This document shows, in pieces, positions 1 through 25,880 of a stretch of 64,000 nucleotides of DNA. The DNA is taken from NCBI RefSeq assembly GCF_020745735.1, contig NC_083433.1:6397363-6461362 (forward strand). The letters run 5' to 3'. Position 1 is the stretch's first letter. Each line of letters starts with the position of its first letter. Below the pieces are notes generated by a model. The model was not told the DNA's origin. It did not search any database and saw nothing but the letters and a program-made list of their open reading frames with translations. This stretch comes from Hemiscyllium ocellatum (taxonomy: Eukaryota). The translations under genes were made by a program, and so were the position numbers.

Positions 1-668
1 AGCAAGTCAAGAGTGATGGGTCATGCATGCAAATACCTTCATTCTTGTAGGGGACAATGTTATTTATCTACTAAAGTCAAAGAGTCTATCCATTAACAAA
101 ACAAGTTGTTGGAAAGAATTCAGGTCAGGCAGCAGAGGAGAGAAAACAGCTAGTGTTTCAGCTCCTGGGTGAACCTTCAGAAGGGTTTTCTCTCCCCAGA
201 TTTTCCAATAATCTGTTTTGATTTACAGTTTTGTATTTTTAAAAATCCGAGCATTGCTATGGACAATACAGTCGGTGTCTAACATTTAGACAGTGGACTG
301 AGTTCTGTGTTTAGTGAACAGAGGCTGTTCCTACAAAATTGTCCACTGACCGCAAGACTGGTGAATCAACATTACTTCTAATGCTAAAAGGCTTGGACAG
401 TTGTGGGATTTCCAGAGAATTGCTGTATTTAAAAAGCTGTAAAATACTTTTTTGGAATCCACTGAGTAAGTTACTGGGGCAGGTATTGAAGCAAGACCAA
501 GCAGCTCAAGATTAAATAAATCAAATGTTAACAGCTAAAGCCTTCAAGAACTTGCACAAAGTACTCAGTTCTGTGGTGAACACTATTTTAATTTTGTTTA
601 GAGCACAACCAAAATCATCCACTAGAATGAAGTCACCATGTCCAACAAATGGAGTTCCTGAATCCCAC

Positions 669-3146
<2,478 letters not shown>

Positions 3147-3210
3147 CATCACTCTTTCCACACACTATCACCTAGATAACTGTAGAACTAAACCTCTCTC
3201 CCACAAGCTC

Positions 3211-3360
3211 TTGTATTTATCCTCCTTGGCCATCCTGCACTCAACTCGGGAGCGGCATCGCCAATGATGATTGACAATCCCTAATAGCCAATCATGAATC
3301 TCCATGAATCCAGGCACGGAAGAACAGAGAGCAGAGACTGAGACCGAGAGCCAATCAGAG
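3211..3360 (-). promoter_or_regulatory. Ferritin A promoter: GATAAATA TATA-like box plus clustered CCAAT/Y-boxes
   Basis: GGATAAATAC about 70 nt upstream of the ATG, a CCAATGATGATTG element and two AGCCAATCA boxes. The layout is conserved across copies. Confidence 0.7.
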
Positions 3361-3994
3361 ATTTGGGATACAGACCGGTTCAGATGATGATTCTGTGATA
3401 AGGAGACCATGCAGCCTCTCAGATCTATCCCCCACCCCACCCCCACCATTCTATTCCATTCCATTATATCAGCACGAGTCTGTCTCTTCATTTCATATCT
3501 TTGCCTTGGGTTCCATATTGCATCATATTCTCAACTTATAAAACTCAACAAAACAGTTTTGAAATGTTCTATTGACTTTCAGAATGTTGTGGGAGATAAT
3601 GTAATTTGTGTGAAGAAATCATCATCATGATTAACATAGCTCTGATTTGAAATTATTCTCCCTTTTCCAGGATTATTTTACCTTAGGAAATATTTTTTCT
3701 CTAACAGTACAATTAGATCTATCCAAAACGCCTGAATAATATTCATCCTTGAGTCTTCCAAGCTCTTGCAAGGACAAGACTAGTCGATGTAAACTGCACT
3801 CATAATGTAACCCCCAGCTTGGAGCTGAGATAATGCTGGTGAATCTCTGCTAACCTCCCTCAGAAACCCTATCAGAACTAAACACTGTGTTCCAAATGTG
3901 GTCTAATGAGAATTCTACACTGTTGGAATATGACTTATCTGTGACAAAACCTAATATGCTCTGGTCTTTTTCATTAGGCTTTCATATCCAAGCA

Positions 3995-5240
3995 GTGTCA
4001 CAGAGTTATGACAGTACAGAGGGTGGCCGTTCAGCCCATTGTATCAGTACCAGCTCGCTGAGCATCTCACCAATTGTCATTCTTCTGCATTGTCCCTGTA
4101 ACCTCTGTGTTTATCCCTTTCAGATCTCAGTCTAATTCCCTTTTGAATGCTTTGATTGAACCTGCCTCCACCACACTCTCAGACCCTCACCAATTGATGT
4201 GTTGGAAGAATATTTTTCTCACATCACTTCAGCTTCTTTTGCCAATTACTTTAAACCCACACTGTCTTGTTCCTGATCCTTTCCCAAACAGGAACATTGT
4301 CCTCTATTTGTTCTGTCTGGATCCCCTGTGAAATTGAAAAGCTCTTAGCCTTTTGTTCTCCAGGGAGAACAATGCCAGCTTCTCCTGTCTATCCTCACAA
4401 CTGAAATTCCTCAAACCTGGAAGCATTCCAGTAAACCCCTTCCACTCTCTCTCCAATGCATTTATATCTTTCCTCAAGTTTGATGTCCAGAACTAGACAC
4501 AATACTCCTTTTGAGGTCAAACTTAAGCAAGTTCAGCATAACCCCTTGCTCTGGTGCTCTATGCCCCTATTAATAAAGCTCAAGCACCGTGTGCTTCATT
4601 TCCCGCTCTCTCAACCGATCTTTGCACCATTAATGACAATGCACATATGCACCATCCGAGTTCGCCCACTCCTGTGCCCACTTTAGAGCTGCACCTTTTA
4701 TTTGATGTTGGCTCTTCATGTGCTTCCTGCCATTTTTTTCTGTATTGAACTTCATCTGCTATTCCCTTGCTCGTTCCACCAACTGGTCTATGTCCTTTTG
4801 ACAGTCCATACTGTGCTGCTCACACTAAGTGTCTTATCATACACAAATTCTGAAATTGTGCCCTTTATGTCAAGGTCTAAGTCATTCATTTGGACTGGAA
4901 AAAACATGGCTCCCACCCTGGAAGCTGTGGAGCTCCATTACAAACCATCCCCCCCAGGTCCAAAGAACATCCATTAGCCATTACGTTGTGTTTCCAGTCA
5001 CTCAGCCAACTCCCTATCCACGTCACTGTGCTGCCTTTTATTCCAGGAGTTTGAACATTGTTCACAAGAGTGTCATGTGGCATGGTATCAAAGGTCTTTT
5101 GGAGGTCCACATTGACCACACTGACAGCAACCCTCTTGGTTAGCTCTTCAAAAAACTCCTGTAAAAGTAGTTAAATGTGGTGTTCCTTTATGATATCCAT
5201 GCTAGATCTCCTCAAATGATCTGCATTTGTCCAAGTGACT
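3995..5240 (-). mobile_element. CR1/L2-type LINE RT fragment
   Basis: VDLQKTFDTMPHDTLV...GIKGSTVTWIGSWLSDWKH. Confidence 0.75.
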
Positions 5241-6404
5241 ATTATGTAATTTTCTACTCCCATCTCCAGTACTTACTGTCACTCACCCCACAGCATCACT
5301 CTCAAAAGGGGATAGGGACTCTACTCCTTCATCGATCCCATTTAGTTATGGAATGAGAAACCTGATGCTGTAGAACAGTACAGCTAGAAGTTGTAGCTTG
5401 GTCTCAGAGTTCATAGCTCACTCCCCCATTACTCCCCAAACTCAAAACTATTTCTCAACCAGATCCTCTCCAAATAAAACTTGTGGATTATGCTGATGTG
5501 GGGTTTCTAGTTGAGCAAAGCCAATGCTTTGCTTTCAGACCTTTACAATATTGGAGCTGAACAAGTTAGTAACTAGGACCTTGCCTTCGGAGCGTAATCC
5601 ATCCCACATTCCCACGGTGTGGTCCCTGGCTGAGAGCACGGCTTTACAACTAAATTGGAAAGGTCACCTGCATGGGAGCCAGATGGAAGTAGGAAACAGA
5701 ACAAGAGGGTGAAATGCTTTGAGCCTAACTTCACTTCCTTGGTTGTTCGCAGGCTAAGGCTTATTCCCAAGAAATCCTCAGATTACAGCTAGGACCTAGT
5801 TTGCGTTCTCTCTGCAAACTGAGTCTGAAAGCAAGACCTTTAGTCTGATGCCGTAAGTGTTTTCACTGCTATTTCACAGATGTTGCCCTGGAAGGTGTAA
5901 TGGTGGATGGAAGGAGATCTGAACAATTGATGGCTTGTCATTGTCAGCTAAAAGACAAGAGCACACGTCAGTATTTGGTTGTAAGGTCAGAAAAGGAAAA
6001 CAAAATGTAGCTAAGTGTCTAAATTCTTCTGGAAAAGTGGATAACATGCTACAGAATACAAAAGGTAAAGAACTAGAGGACTAACATATCATGAAGTTTT
6101 TATTAATATAACCAACACTTCACTGAGAAATCCCTTTGCAGGAACAAATGATGCAAAATTTCCCATGGAACTGTATTAATGCACACAGAAACCATTCCAA
6201 CAACAGCAGGTGTTGAAGTGAGTAGAATTTATACTGTAGATATTTTCCAGTTATGTTTCCCTGGCTGGCCAATACTCAAAATCAGACAAAAAAAGAGATT
6301 AAAGCCAGTTCCACACATTTTATTTCCATGTAGAATGACAGTATAAATCAAAGCATTCACCAGAATTGGGTCATTATATGGAACAGTTTGTTCAATAACC
6401 CTAG

Positions 6405-9141
<2,737 letters not shown>

Positions 9142-9205
9142 CTTCACTATTCCTGCTCACTTTCACCTAGACAACTCTAGAACTGAGCTTCTGTCCCACA
9201 AGCAT

Positions 9206-9350
9206 TTGTATTTATCCTCCTGGAACACCCTGCATCCAACCAGGGAGAGGCATCACTGCTGATTGGCTATCGCCCGTTGTCAATCAAGAATTACCCATGC
9301 ATCCAGGCACCAAATGAACAACAGAGAAGGAGCTTAGGGAATGCCAATAA
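9206..9350 (-). promoter_or_regulatory. Ferritin B promoter (TATA-like plus partly degenerate CCAAT boxes)
   Basis: Homologous to the copy A promoter (GTATTTATCCTCC, CTGATTGGCT). Confidence 0.6.
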
Positions 9351-9935
9351 CCCAGAGCCTTAGAATTAATCTTGAGGAGGTCATTGTTATTAGACTAATA
9401 GATTCTGACCTAACCCTCAACTTACTGCTGGTTTATGGCTGGATAAGGATGAAGTGATTTAAAAATTAAATCATCTGACCTAAACTGGCCACATGAACAG
9501 AAATGTTTTTGAGTGTTGACACTGTTCTAGTCAATGAGGATTTGAGATGCAGGGCATGTCCAATGGTCACAAGAAGCTTTGTTCAAACTGCTGGACATCA
9601 CATGGCCACCCAGGTAGACAGTACACACTGATTATAGGCTATATCCAAGTGATAGGCAAGGCAGATGGACTGTTGGCTAGTATCACACAGGGAATGGAGT
9701 ATAAAAACAGGAGGCCTTGCTATCACTATTACAATAAGGCTGCTTCTCATTGTCTGCTTGAACTACTTGCAAGTAGTATGTTCACCCAAACTAAGAAACA
9801 GTGTGATATTGAGCAGTTTATTTACATTTATTATATTTCATAGTGGAGATCAGGTATGGTCTGTTTTTACATACAGAGCATAGAGCCAGTCCAGGTCTCC
9901 CATAATACAAACATGATAAAGCTTGCTCCATCCAG

Positions 9936-10638
<703 letters not shown>

Positions 10639-11612
10639 CTGCAAGTGAACATAAAGTGGGAAGTAAATCTCAATCAGGACCTAACCCACTCACCATCTTG
10701 ATTTCACTTCGTAGAAATGGAAATTGACAGAGATAGCAGTAAGTTGTGGATTATGGCCCAAATAGCAGGCTGTTTTTAAAAGCAAATGCTGGAATCTGCA
10801 AACAAAAAAGAGAAAATGCTGGAAAATTTGACAAAGGGTCAGTTAAACTCAAAACATCAACTCTTTTCTCTCCTAACAGATGCTGCCAGACCTGCTGAGA
10901 TTTTCCAGCAGGCTGTTTTTGCTCTTCTAGAAAATAAGATAAAGAACTAACTGCAATCCCTGGCCTGTATCTTAGGGAGGCAGTGTGCTAGTGTGACATG
11001 GAGTAGTGAAGGTCTCAGTTGGGACAGCCATTAGACACCCCTGCACCGCAGGTTAGAAACACTTGTTCAGTGCCGGAAGCTAGTCAGGTCACTGCCCAAC
11101 TAAAATAGAGGACATGAACGTGTTGACTAACAGGAGGCAGAAATCTCAGTCAGCTACTTCATTACCAACTTCACCCACCTGAATAGCCACACTGTCCCAC
11201 CATACTCTGCACACAACTGACTGGGCTGTTAAGAAATTTCACACTCCAAGTGTGAAAATACAACACATTTAGTCACCTTTCCTCACATTCACTAGCTAAT
11301 AAACTCACTCCTCAGGGAGGATCACTGAGCCCAGAATGTGAAATGGTTTCTCTGCATGGACACTGCCAGACCAGTGGAACTTTAACAGCTTCTCATTTCC
11401 AGCATCTCGGTTTTTTTTCCCCAATTTTGTTTTTTAAAAAAATACTCACTTGTTCAGATCAGAGGACAATCTGGTTAATTGGGAAACTTATATAGTAAAA
11501 AAAGGGACATCTGGATTGGGGAATGTTTCATCATGCAACAGATTTAAAAACCTCAAGACTACCAGTAATAAAACAAAAAGGAGCTGAATTAAGCTCACTC
11601 CCTGCAGTCAGT

Positions 11613-12069
<457 letters not shown>

Positions 12070-12598
12070 TTACATCCATGTTATTCCCATTTGCACATTG
12101 AGTGAATTCAATGCCCCTATCTACAGGAATTAGTGGGGCACAGTTCCCCAGAGATGCCAACCCGGCCACTTTCTTAACTTCGTTCATTTTGGAATGTTGT
12201 TGAGAAATTGAGAACCTGCGCTGACTTGTTTCAAATAGTGAAAGCTATAATCAGAGTTTAGAACTGAACCCGTGGAACTTCCAATACTGGTCCTCACTGA
12301 CTGTGTGCAAGGTTAGACATCCTGATGCAGTAATTGTGGAATGGAGAGAGGACCTAGGTCTATCAGCTGTTACAGGGACTGTGACACATTATGTGGATTC
12401 TTCAAGCTCTCAGACTGGCACTTTCCTGTAGTTATTGAATTAAATCATGTGTAAGGCTATAAAATGGCACCAGAAATGTCCAACCTTTTAGGTTGGATCC
12501 TGATATGACAAGTCAGTATCCTCAACCCTTTAGGCACAATTTAATGATTGTGTGTGGATAAGCCTTTATCTTTGCATTCAAAAAGAAAAGCCAGACAG

Positions 12599-13275
12599 AG
12601 TTTAATACTATCTCTAATCAAACTATGGTTCTCCAAGTAATCATAAATCCTGTCTCTCAGAATCCTCTCCAACAATTTGCCCACCAGAGACGTAAGACTG
12701 ACTGGTCTGTAATTCCCAGGATTATCCCTATTCCCTTTCTTGAACAAGGGAATAACATTTGCCACCCTCCAATCATCTGGTACAACTCCACTGGACAGTG
12801 GGGACCCAAAGCTCATCACCAAGGGTGCATTACTCTCTTTCCTCACTTCCTCTAGCACCTTGGGTATATCCTGTTTTGTGCAGGGGGCTTATCTATCCTT
12901 ATGTTTTCCAAACTTTTCAGCACATCCGCTTTCACATATCAGTCCGTTTCACGCTGTCCTCCGCAACATCAAATTCCCACTCAGCTTTAAATACTGAAAC
13001 AAAGTATTCATTAAGTACATCCCCTACTTCCACTGACTCTAAGTGCAAGTTCCCTCTGCTATCTGATCAGCCTTACCCTCACACTGGCCATCCTCTTGTT
13101 CCTCAAGTGTAGAATGCCTTAGGGCTTTTCCTTAATCTTACCCACTAAAGCTTTCTTATTGCCCCTCCTAGCTCTTCCAAGTCTTCCTTCAGCTCTTTCC
13201 TGGCATCCTTGTAGCCCACTGAAACCCTGTCTGATCTTTGCCTCCTCAAACATAAGCTTTCTTCTTCCTTTTGAT
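12599..13275 (-). mobile_element. CR1 (HER1-type) LINE ORF2 fragment, inverted
   Basis: VPDDWRVANVIPLFKKGNRDNPGNYRPVSLTSLVGKLLERILRD. Confidence 0.88.
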
Positions 13276-13280
13276 AAGAT

Positions 13281-13568
13281 GGGGTGGCCCTATGGCTCAG
13301 TGGTTAGCACTGCTGCCGCACAGCACCAGACACCTGGGTTCGATTCCTGTGTGGAGTTTGCATATTCCCTCAGTGTCTGTGGTGGCTTCCTCCCATAGTC
13401 CAAAGATGTGCAGGAAGGTGAATTGGTTATGCTAAATTACCCATGAAGTTATGTGTATTAGTCAGGAGTAAACTGGGGAATAGGACTAGGTTACTCTTTG
13501 GAAGGTTGGTGTGGACAAGTTGGGCCAAAGGACCTGTTTCCACACTGTAGGGAATTTAGTTTAATCTA
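13281..13568 (+). mobile_element. tRNA-derived V-SINE (HE1-like)
   Basis: TGGCTCAGTGGTTAGCACTGCTGCC A box, GGTTCGATTCC B box, GTGTGGAGTTTGCA V-domain and a CR1-like tail. Confidence 0.85.
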
Positions 13569-13574
13569 TTGTCA

Positions 13575-14285
13575 CCAGAGTTTCATTCAATCTACTAAGT
13601 GTGAAGTGATTCACTTTGGAAGGTCAAAATTGAATGCAGAATACAGGGTTAAATGCAGGATTCTTGGCAACATGGAGGGACAGAGGGATCATCAGGTTCA
13701 TGTCCAAAGATCCCTCAAATTTTCAACCCAAATCAATAGGGTTAAGGCAGCATGTGGTATGTTGGCTTTCACGAACTGAGGATTGAATTTAAGAATTGTG
13801 AGGTTATGCTGCAACTCTATCGAACACTGGTTAGGCCACACTTGGAATATTGTGTTCCATTCTGGTCACTTCATTATCAGAAAGCTGTAGAAGCTTTAGA
13901 GAGGATGTAGTGGAGATTTACCAAGATACTGCCTGGACTGGAGGCAGTGAGGGAAGCTAGGGCTTTTCTCAGAGTGAAAAGGATGAGAAATAACTTTGTA
14001 GAGACGTACAAGATTTAGAGGCTTTAGAGGCACTGACATTTCCCTCCCCCCCGGCCCTGTGGAAATGGCTATTGCAGGATGGATAACATTAAAGGTGTTT
14101 GGAAGGAGGTTTAGGGGAAAGATGTCTGTTCTTTACAGGGTGGTAGGTGTATGGAATGCACTGCTAGTAGAGTCTAAGATATTAGGGACATTTAATTGAG
14201 TCTTGGATAGGCACATAGAAGTGAGTAGAATGAAAGGACAGTACAACATTGAGGGCCAAATGGCCTGTATGGTTCTATGTTCTAA
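13575..14285 (+). mobile_element. CR1 LINE 3' end
   Basis: KCEVIHFGRSK...; TATTGTGTTCCATTCTGGTC; ends with a TTCTATGTTCTA tail. Confidence 0.85.
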
Positions 14286-14803
14286 TATTGTGACGGCAGC
14301 AGAAAATTCCTGAGAAGGCTTGCTCACATTTAGTGATGCAGGGAGTGGAGAAGCTAGTTTTGAATTTGAAGAACCACACCAGCTGATGTTTGATTGGTGA
14401 GAGCTGGACATGTAGGAAAGCTATTAGAGAACAATGCCACTGGTATGTCCACCTAGGACTACATTTAATCTTTCCCTTGAAGGAAAAGCTTTTGGTAGCT
14501 AAGTGTCCAGTTGTCAGAATGCCTGTCTTGCATTATACTGAAGAAAATTTACTTCATAAGCCTAGGTCAGTGTACATATCATGTGATATAGGCATAAGAC
14601 AATTCGCTGCCAGGGGAAGTATGGGACCAGATATAACTAGTGATCGAGATTGCTAATGACAGGCATTTCACAGCACAGACTAACTCAATCCAACAGGAGT
14701 TTATTTACAGTTGGTAAATTTCATGATCAACCCCAGAACAGTTAATTGCTTCACTCCAGATCACATACAGAAAACCAAACTTTTCTCCCTGCCATCAGTT
14801 CAG

Positions 14804-17404
<2,601 letters not shown>

Positions 17405-17469
17405 CTTCACTATTCCTGCTCACTATCACCCAGACAACTCTAGAACTGAGCCTCTCTCCCACAAGCTCT

Positions 17470-17632
17470 TGCATTTATCCTCCTGGGTCACCCTTCACCC
17501 AACCAGAGAATGACATCACCAATTATGATAGACATTCACTGATAGCCAATTGGGAATCAACTTTCAATCCAGGCACCAATGACGAGGGAGATGGGGCTAT
17601 GGGACCGGTGAAGAGACCCAGGGCCAATCAGA
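17470..17632 (-). promoter_or_regulatory. Ferritin E promoter (TATA-like plus CCAAT cluster)
   Basis: GCATTTATCCTCC followed by four CCAAT motifs at the conserved spacing. Confidence 0.65.
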
Positions 17633-18115
17633 GATTGGAATACAGAGAGGTTTGGGAAATTAGTCTTGCTGATGCAATTGCTTTTGGAGTGATAAATCCT
17701 TAACACACTGTAAACTAAGTAACTGTTTGGAGTTGGATATGTGGTGTAGTGGGAATATCTATGCCTATAAGATTAGAAAATGTTGTGTTTGAGTCTTAAT
17801 GTTTCTAGAACTGGCTGCTCAGTAATATCTATAGTGGGACAAGAATTGATTGATTTAAAAATGATAACTTTAGTGAAGCACTTTTTCAGCACCTGATACA
17901 ATCTGCTTCTTTTTGTCTCTGCTGTTTCTCTAATATCCCAAGTGTTCACAACTAGTTTCATGATAAAAGATTTAAAAGGGACCTAAGGGGCCTTTTTTTC
18001 ACACAGAGATGCTGCGTGCATGGAATGAGCTGCCAGAGGAAGTGGTAGAGGTGGGTATAATTACAGCATTTAAAAGATATTGGGAGAGGTGCATGAATAT
18101 GAAACGTTTACAAGG

Positions 18116-18594
18116 TGTGACAATACTGTGGCTTTAAAAGGTGTATTTTGGCCTTTTCTTTTAAGTGAAGAAAGGCTGAGACAGAGGTGTCAAGCAGTCT
18201 ACCAGAACCATTAAAATAAGCAGCTTTTTTTTCGATGTTGGAACAATAGAAGCAGCCTGAACGAGTCGGGTCAAGCACTCACAGAGTCAGAATTTTTAGA
18301 TTTAGTTTTCAGCGGTTGCTGTGGTCTTGAAGGTGAAGGTGGAAACCCATTTCTCCTTTTTCTGTTACAGTTAAAAGCTACGGTTCTCTTTCTGCTGCTA
18401 AAATTGTGTATGAGGCAATCTATTTTACTGAACTTGCCTTTGCTTGTTTTGTCTATATTTTAATTGTTGTGTAAAAATCAAGTGTGTTTTACTTAAATGC
18501 GGTCATTTTAATTGCAATGCCTTACACTTACACTTAAAATTAACAAAAAATAGGGTCCAGATTACCTCATTAATATGTAATATGGTCCATGATT
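18116..18594 (+). mobile_element. Probable solo LTR inserted in a CR1 3' end
   Basis: Starts TGTGACAA and interrupts contiguous CR1 tail sequence (17965-18115 and 18595-18700). Its 3' end loosely resembles the Gypsy LTR at 46245. Confidence 0.5.
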
Positions 18595-18949
18595 AGGGTT
18601 ATGGGCCAAATGCAGGCAAATGGGACTCGTTCCGTTTGAGATACCTTGTTGGCATGGATGAGTTGGACTGAAGCCTCTGTTTCCGTGCTGTATGACTTTG
18701 TGTGGTTCAGTCCTGGATTAGGTGATGAGATGTGTTCCCCTGGATTAAACTCTGGATTAGTTGGGGGGGGGGGGGGGGGGAAGGAAGCCTGTGATTGGCA
18801 GCAGGATCCACCAATCACTATCTAGGTACACCCTCCTGGGACACCAATGGGCACGGCTAACCCGCACAAACAGAAAATGTATCGGAGATTGACACACGTC
18901 CTTGTCAAAATGGATCTGAGATACAGGGAATATCGCAATGGACCTTATC

Positions 18950-20450
18950 CAAACTAACGGACATCACGTGGTCGCTGAATGAACACCAGAGACTTTGATG
19001 AATGATTGTGGTGATTGGCTCTGTGGGAATAGATGCTGTTCCTGGTTTACTCTGTGGCTGTCCATCTCTCATAAACCATAGAGAGTCCCCTATTCTTGTT
19101 GAGTTAGATATGACGTTTATTTACAACATTAAATATTTATAACAATACACTGCTATAATATCATGATACAACATTGAAGACGAGGTTAAAATAATCTTTC
19201 TGCCATGTGTCTCTGTGGATAACTCGGACTGGTGGCAAATGTCAGAACACATGGGCAGAAAAAGTTAAAGAAACCTTTGTAAGTCATTTCTACCTTGTGA
19301 TGTTGGCATCTTTTGTACATCTTTTATTTTGGCAGGATGAGGTCTATTCCCAACTCAGTAGATTCAACCAATTAAATTGATTTGGCTGAAATTAATTTGA
19401 CGGTTTGTATTGTTCAAAACAAGGCCATAATTCCTTGCTACTGTCAGGAGTTGATGAAGGTTTGTGTTTTGCTAAAGTCTAGTTCTTCTAAGAATAGTAT
19501 CTGCCAGACATCTATCATGACAGGTTCTAAATGATGTGGTCCTTCTATTGGCTGTCCTGACTGACAAACTGTTCCAGACTTCATTGGCATGGGTTCTTGC
19601 TTTGCCCTTCACACAGTTGGGTTACAACTTGGGCTTCTAGACTTCTGACAGATTTGAGCTCAATCTGCTCATGGAGAGCACAACTTGCACATATCTTTTG
19701 AAGGATGGGCACTGCTTTGGTGAGTGAGACAAGCCACATCTGATTTAAAAGTTTGGTGGAGTTGTTCCTGGGGCTTGTCAGAATAGATTTGAACTTGCTA
19801 CCTTCACCTAGCTGTGCATTAATGGTACATTCTTAATGTTTACCTGGAGGTATTTGAAAAAAGGAGTTGATGGATATATGGATAATGGCAAATTCCAAAA
19901 CTCTTGCAACTAAATCAGTTTCAGTGAAATCACTTTTCGTATCTCTCCTTCAACCTCTAACTCCAAACTGGCCAATCACTGCCCCTGGCCAGTGACAGTA
20001 TATATCAGAAATGCCAGAGGAGGTTATCCTTCCCACCCCTACAGTACCCAAAGCCAGAACAGGTTTTACTGTATACCATTCTGTCAGTTAACCGCTGATC
20101 CAAAATGTAAGATTGACTCTCTTATTCCAACTGAAGCTCTGACAGAAGGTCAATGGTGTGCCAATCCTTAGTTTATATTGTTGCTTTCCATCCTTCTGAT
20201 CTTTAAATGGCAGTGTATTTTGCTTTCTTGTAGTTTTGTTGGCTTTTTTTTTCCTGGTTTTGTTAGGTAGATGTCCCAGCCCTTTCTAATAGCAGGTTTT
20301 GCTGCTGATGGCATCTATACCAAAAGTGTGATCATATGGTAACAGTTCCTGTTTGCTGTCTCTTCCTTTGTTCTTTGAGAAAAATGACTATTCTAAAGTC
20401 TAAGTGTCTGACTCCATCACAAGCTTGTTTGAATAAGTCTCCTGCTGCTC
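18950..20450 (-). mobile_element. Highly decayed Gypsy-type internal region
   Basis: NLHQLLTVARNYGLVLNN...PHPAKIKDVQKMPTSQGRNDLQRFL at ~19465-19265 resembles a Gypsy RT C-terminus. Boundaries are approximate. Confidence 0.6.
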
Positions 20451-20484
20451 GGAATTCCCTCTAAAGCAGAGGAGGGGTATTATA

Positions 20485-21170
20485 TAGCAGAAACAGACCC
20501 GCTGGTCTAACTCATCCATGATGAGCAGATGTCCTAAGTTAACCTAGTCCCATTTGCCAGTATTTGGCCCACATCCCTTTGAACCATTCCTGCTCATACC
20601 CACCCAGCTGCCTTTTAAATGTTTGATTAACCCAACCTCCACTTCCTCTGGCAGCTCATTCCACCCTCTGACAAAGCTGCTCTTAGATCCCTCAAGTCTT
20701 TTCCCCCCCTCAAACTGATGCTCTCTAGTTTGGGGCTCTGCTACCCTGGGAATAAGTGACTTGACTATTCATCTTATCCATGCCCTCTATGGATTTTAAA
20801 AGCTTCCATAAAAAGGTCACCCCACCACCTCTGCTCTGGGAGATAACTTCAGCCTATTCCTACAATTCAAAACCCTGACAGCATTTTAAAATGTCAGAAG
20901 ATTTACAAAAGTGCAAGAACAGTATCTTTCCTACAGCAAGGAGACTAGTATTAAATTGTCACTTTTGGAATACTGCAGTGTCATATATAACTTTACATCC
21001 CAACTCAACACACTGAAGAATGAAAGGAGGCAAACATCTTCACTGACTGACTTTCAAGAAAACAGCAACTTGCACCCTCTAGGTCTGACCAGATTCTCCA
21101 GGGCACTACCATTAGATGATACAACTATTGGATTTGTCCAATTTAAATCTCATCCAGATTTAACATTTGC
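20485..21170 (-). mobile_element. CR1 LINE 3' fragment
   Basis: Reverse complement of the CR1 tail (CCTCTGGCAGCTCATTCC, TAGTCCCATTTGCC). Confidence 0.7.
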
Positions 21171-21828
21171 TCTCATCTAAAATGCACACCAATAGCTGGC
21201 CTACTTGAATAGGCTTTGTAGCACAGTCATAGCATCCCTATCTCTGGGCTGGGTTCAAGTTCCACCTGCTCCAAGAGGTGTAATAATATCTGCACAAGCT
21301 GGTTTGGAACTACATTCAAATGAAAAGCAGAAAAATTTCCAATCCAAAATTCATTCAATTCATACTCCAATTCTGGGATTTAGGGGCTCACCAGTTGCTT
21401 GAATTTTTCCAGCTTTCCCAATACCCCTCCGGTGTTACAATCCCAACTCAGTTGGTCCTTTTGATGAGAACATTTGGCCCATAAACCATCCCTGACCCTT
21501 CACTTTTGGTGAAAAAATGTTCCTTCCTTCAGGCCATTGGGTCCACCCAAGGTAGATGTAGAATCCAGCAGCTGACCACCTTCCCAAGGGCAACTAGGGA
21601 CCAGCAATGGTCAGGATGAACAGTGAAACCCAGATCCCAGTGTGGCAATGTCTTAGAACAGAATGATCACAAGCTGCTGCACAGCTTCTAGCTAGTGCTA
21701 ATCCAGAAAATAAGACAAACCTGCTCCATATTGGACTAGTTTATTCACACTTTGTACAGGACAGTGAGTTGCTTCTACAGGTCTCCCATTTTATAAATAT
21801 CACAAGCAGATCATTCCCTGCAGTCAGC

Positions 21829-25667
<3,839 letters not shown>

Positions 25668-25730
25668 CTTCACTATTCCTGCTCACTGTCACCCACACAA
25701 CTCTAAAACTGAACCTCACTCCCTCTAGCT

Positions 25731-25880
25731 CTTATATTTATCCTCCTGGGACATCCTGCACCCAACCAGGGAGAGATATCACCAATGATTGATAATCCCT
25801 GATCGCCAATCAGGAATTTCGCATCAATCCAGGAACTAATTTAAGATAGGGAGTATGTAACAGCCTGAGCCAATCAGGGC
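25731..25880 (-). promoter_or_regulatory. Ferritin F promoter (TATA-like plus CCAAT cluster)
   Basis: TATATTTATCCTCC, CCAATGATTG, GCCAATCAGG and AGCCAATCAG. Confidence 0.68.

Noticed and set aside
5530-6010. Possible + strand exon relics (also 27000-27420)
   Set aside because: Acceptor-like sites are present, but the frames contain stops and I recognise no homology.
13281-13350. tRNA genes at SINE heads
   Set aside because: A/B boxes run straight into the SINE body and there is no complete cloverleaf.
18763-18780. Poly-G run
   Set aside because: A simple homopolymer, possibly of unreliable length, with no functional evidence.
25675-25705. CAGTGA in the leaders of copies F and G as a possible IRE loop
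   Set aside because: The flanks (GGTGA / GCAGG) cannot form the 5-bp upper stem, there is no C bulge, and other copies have TAGTGA or AAGTGA.
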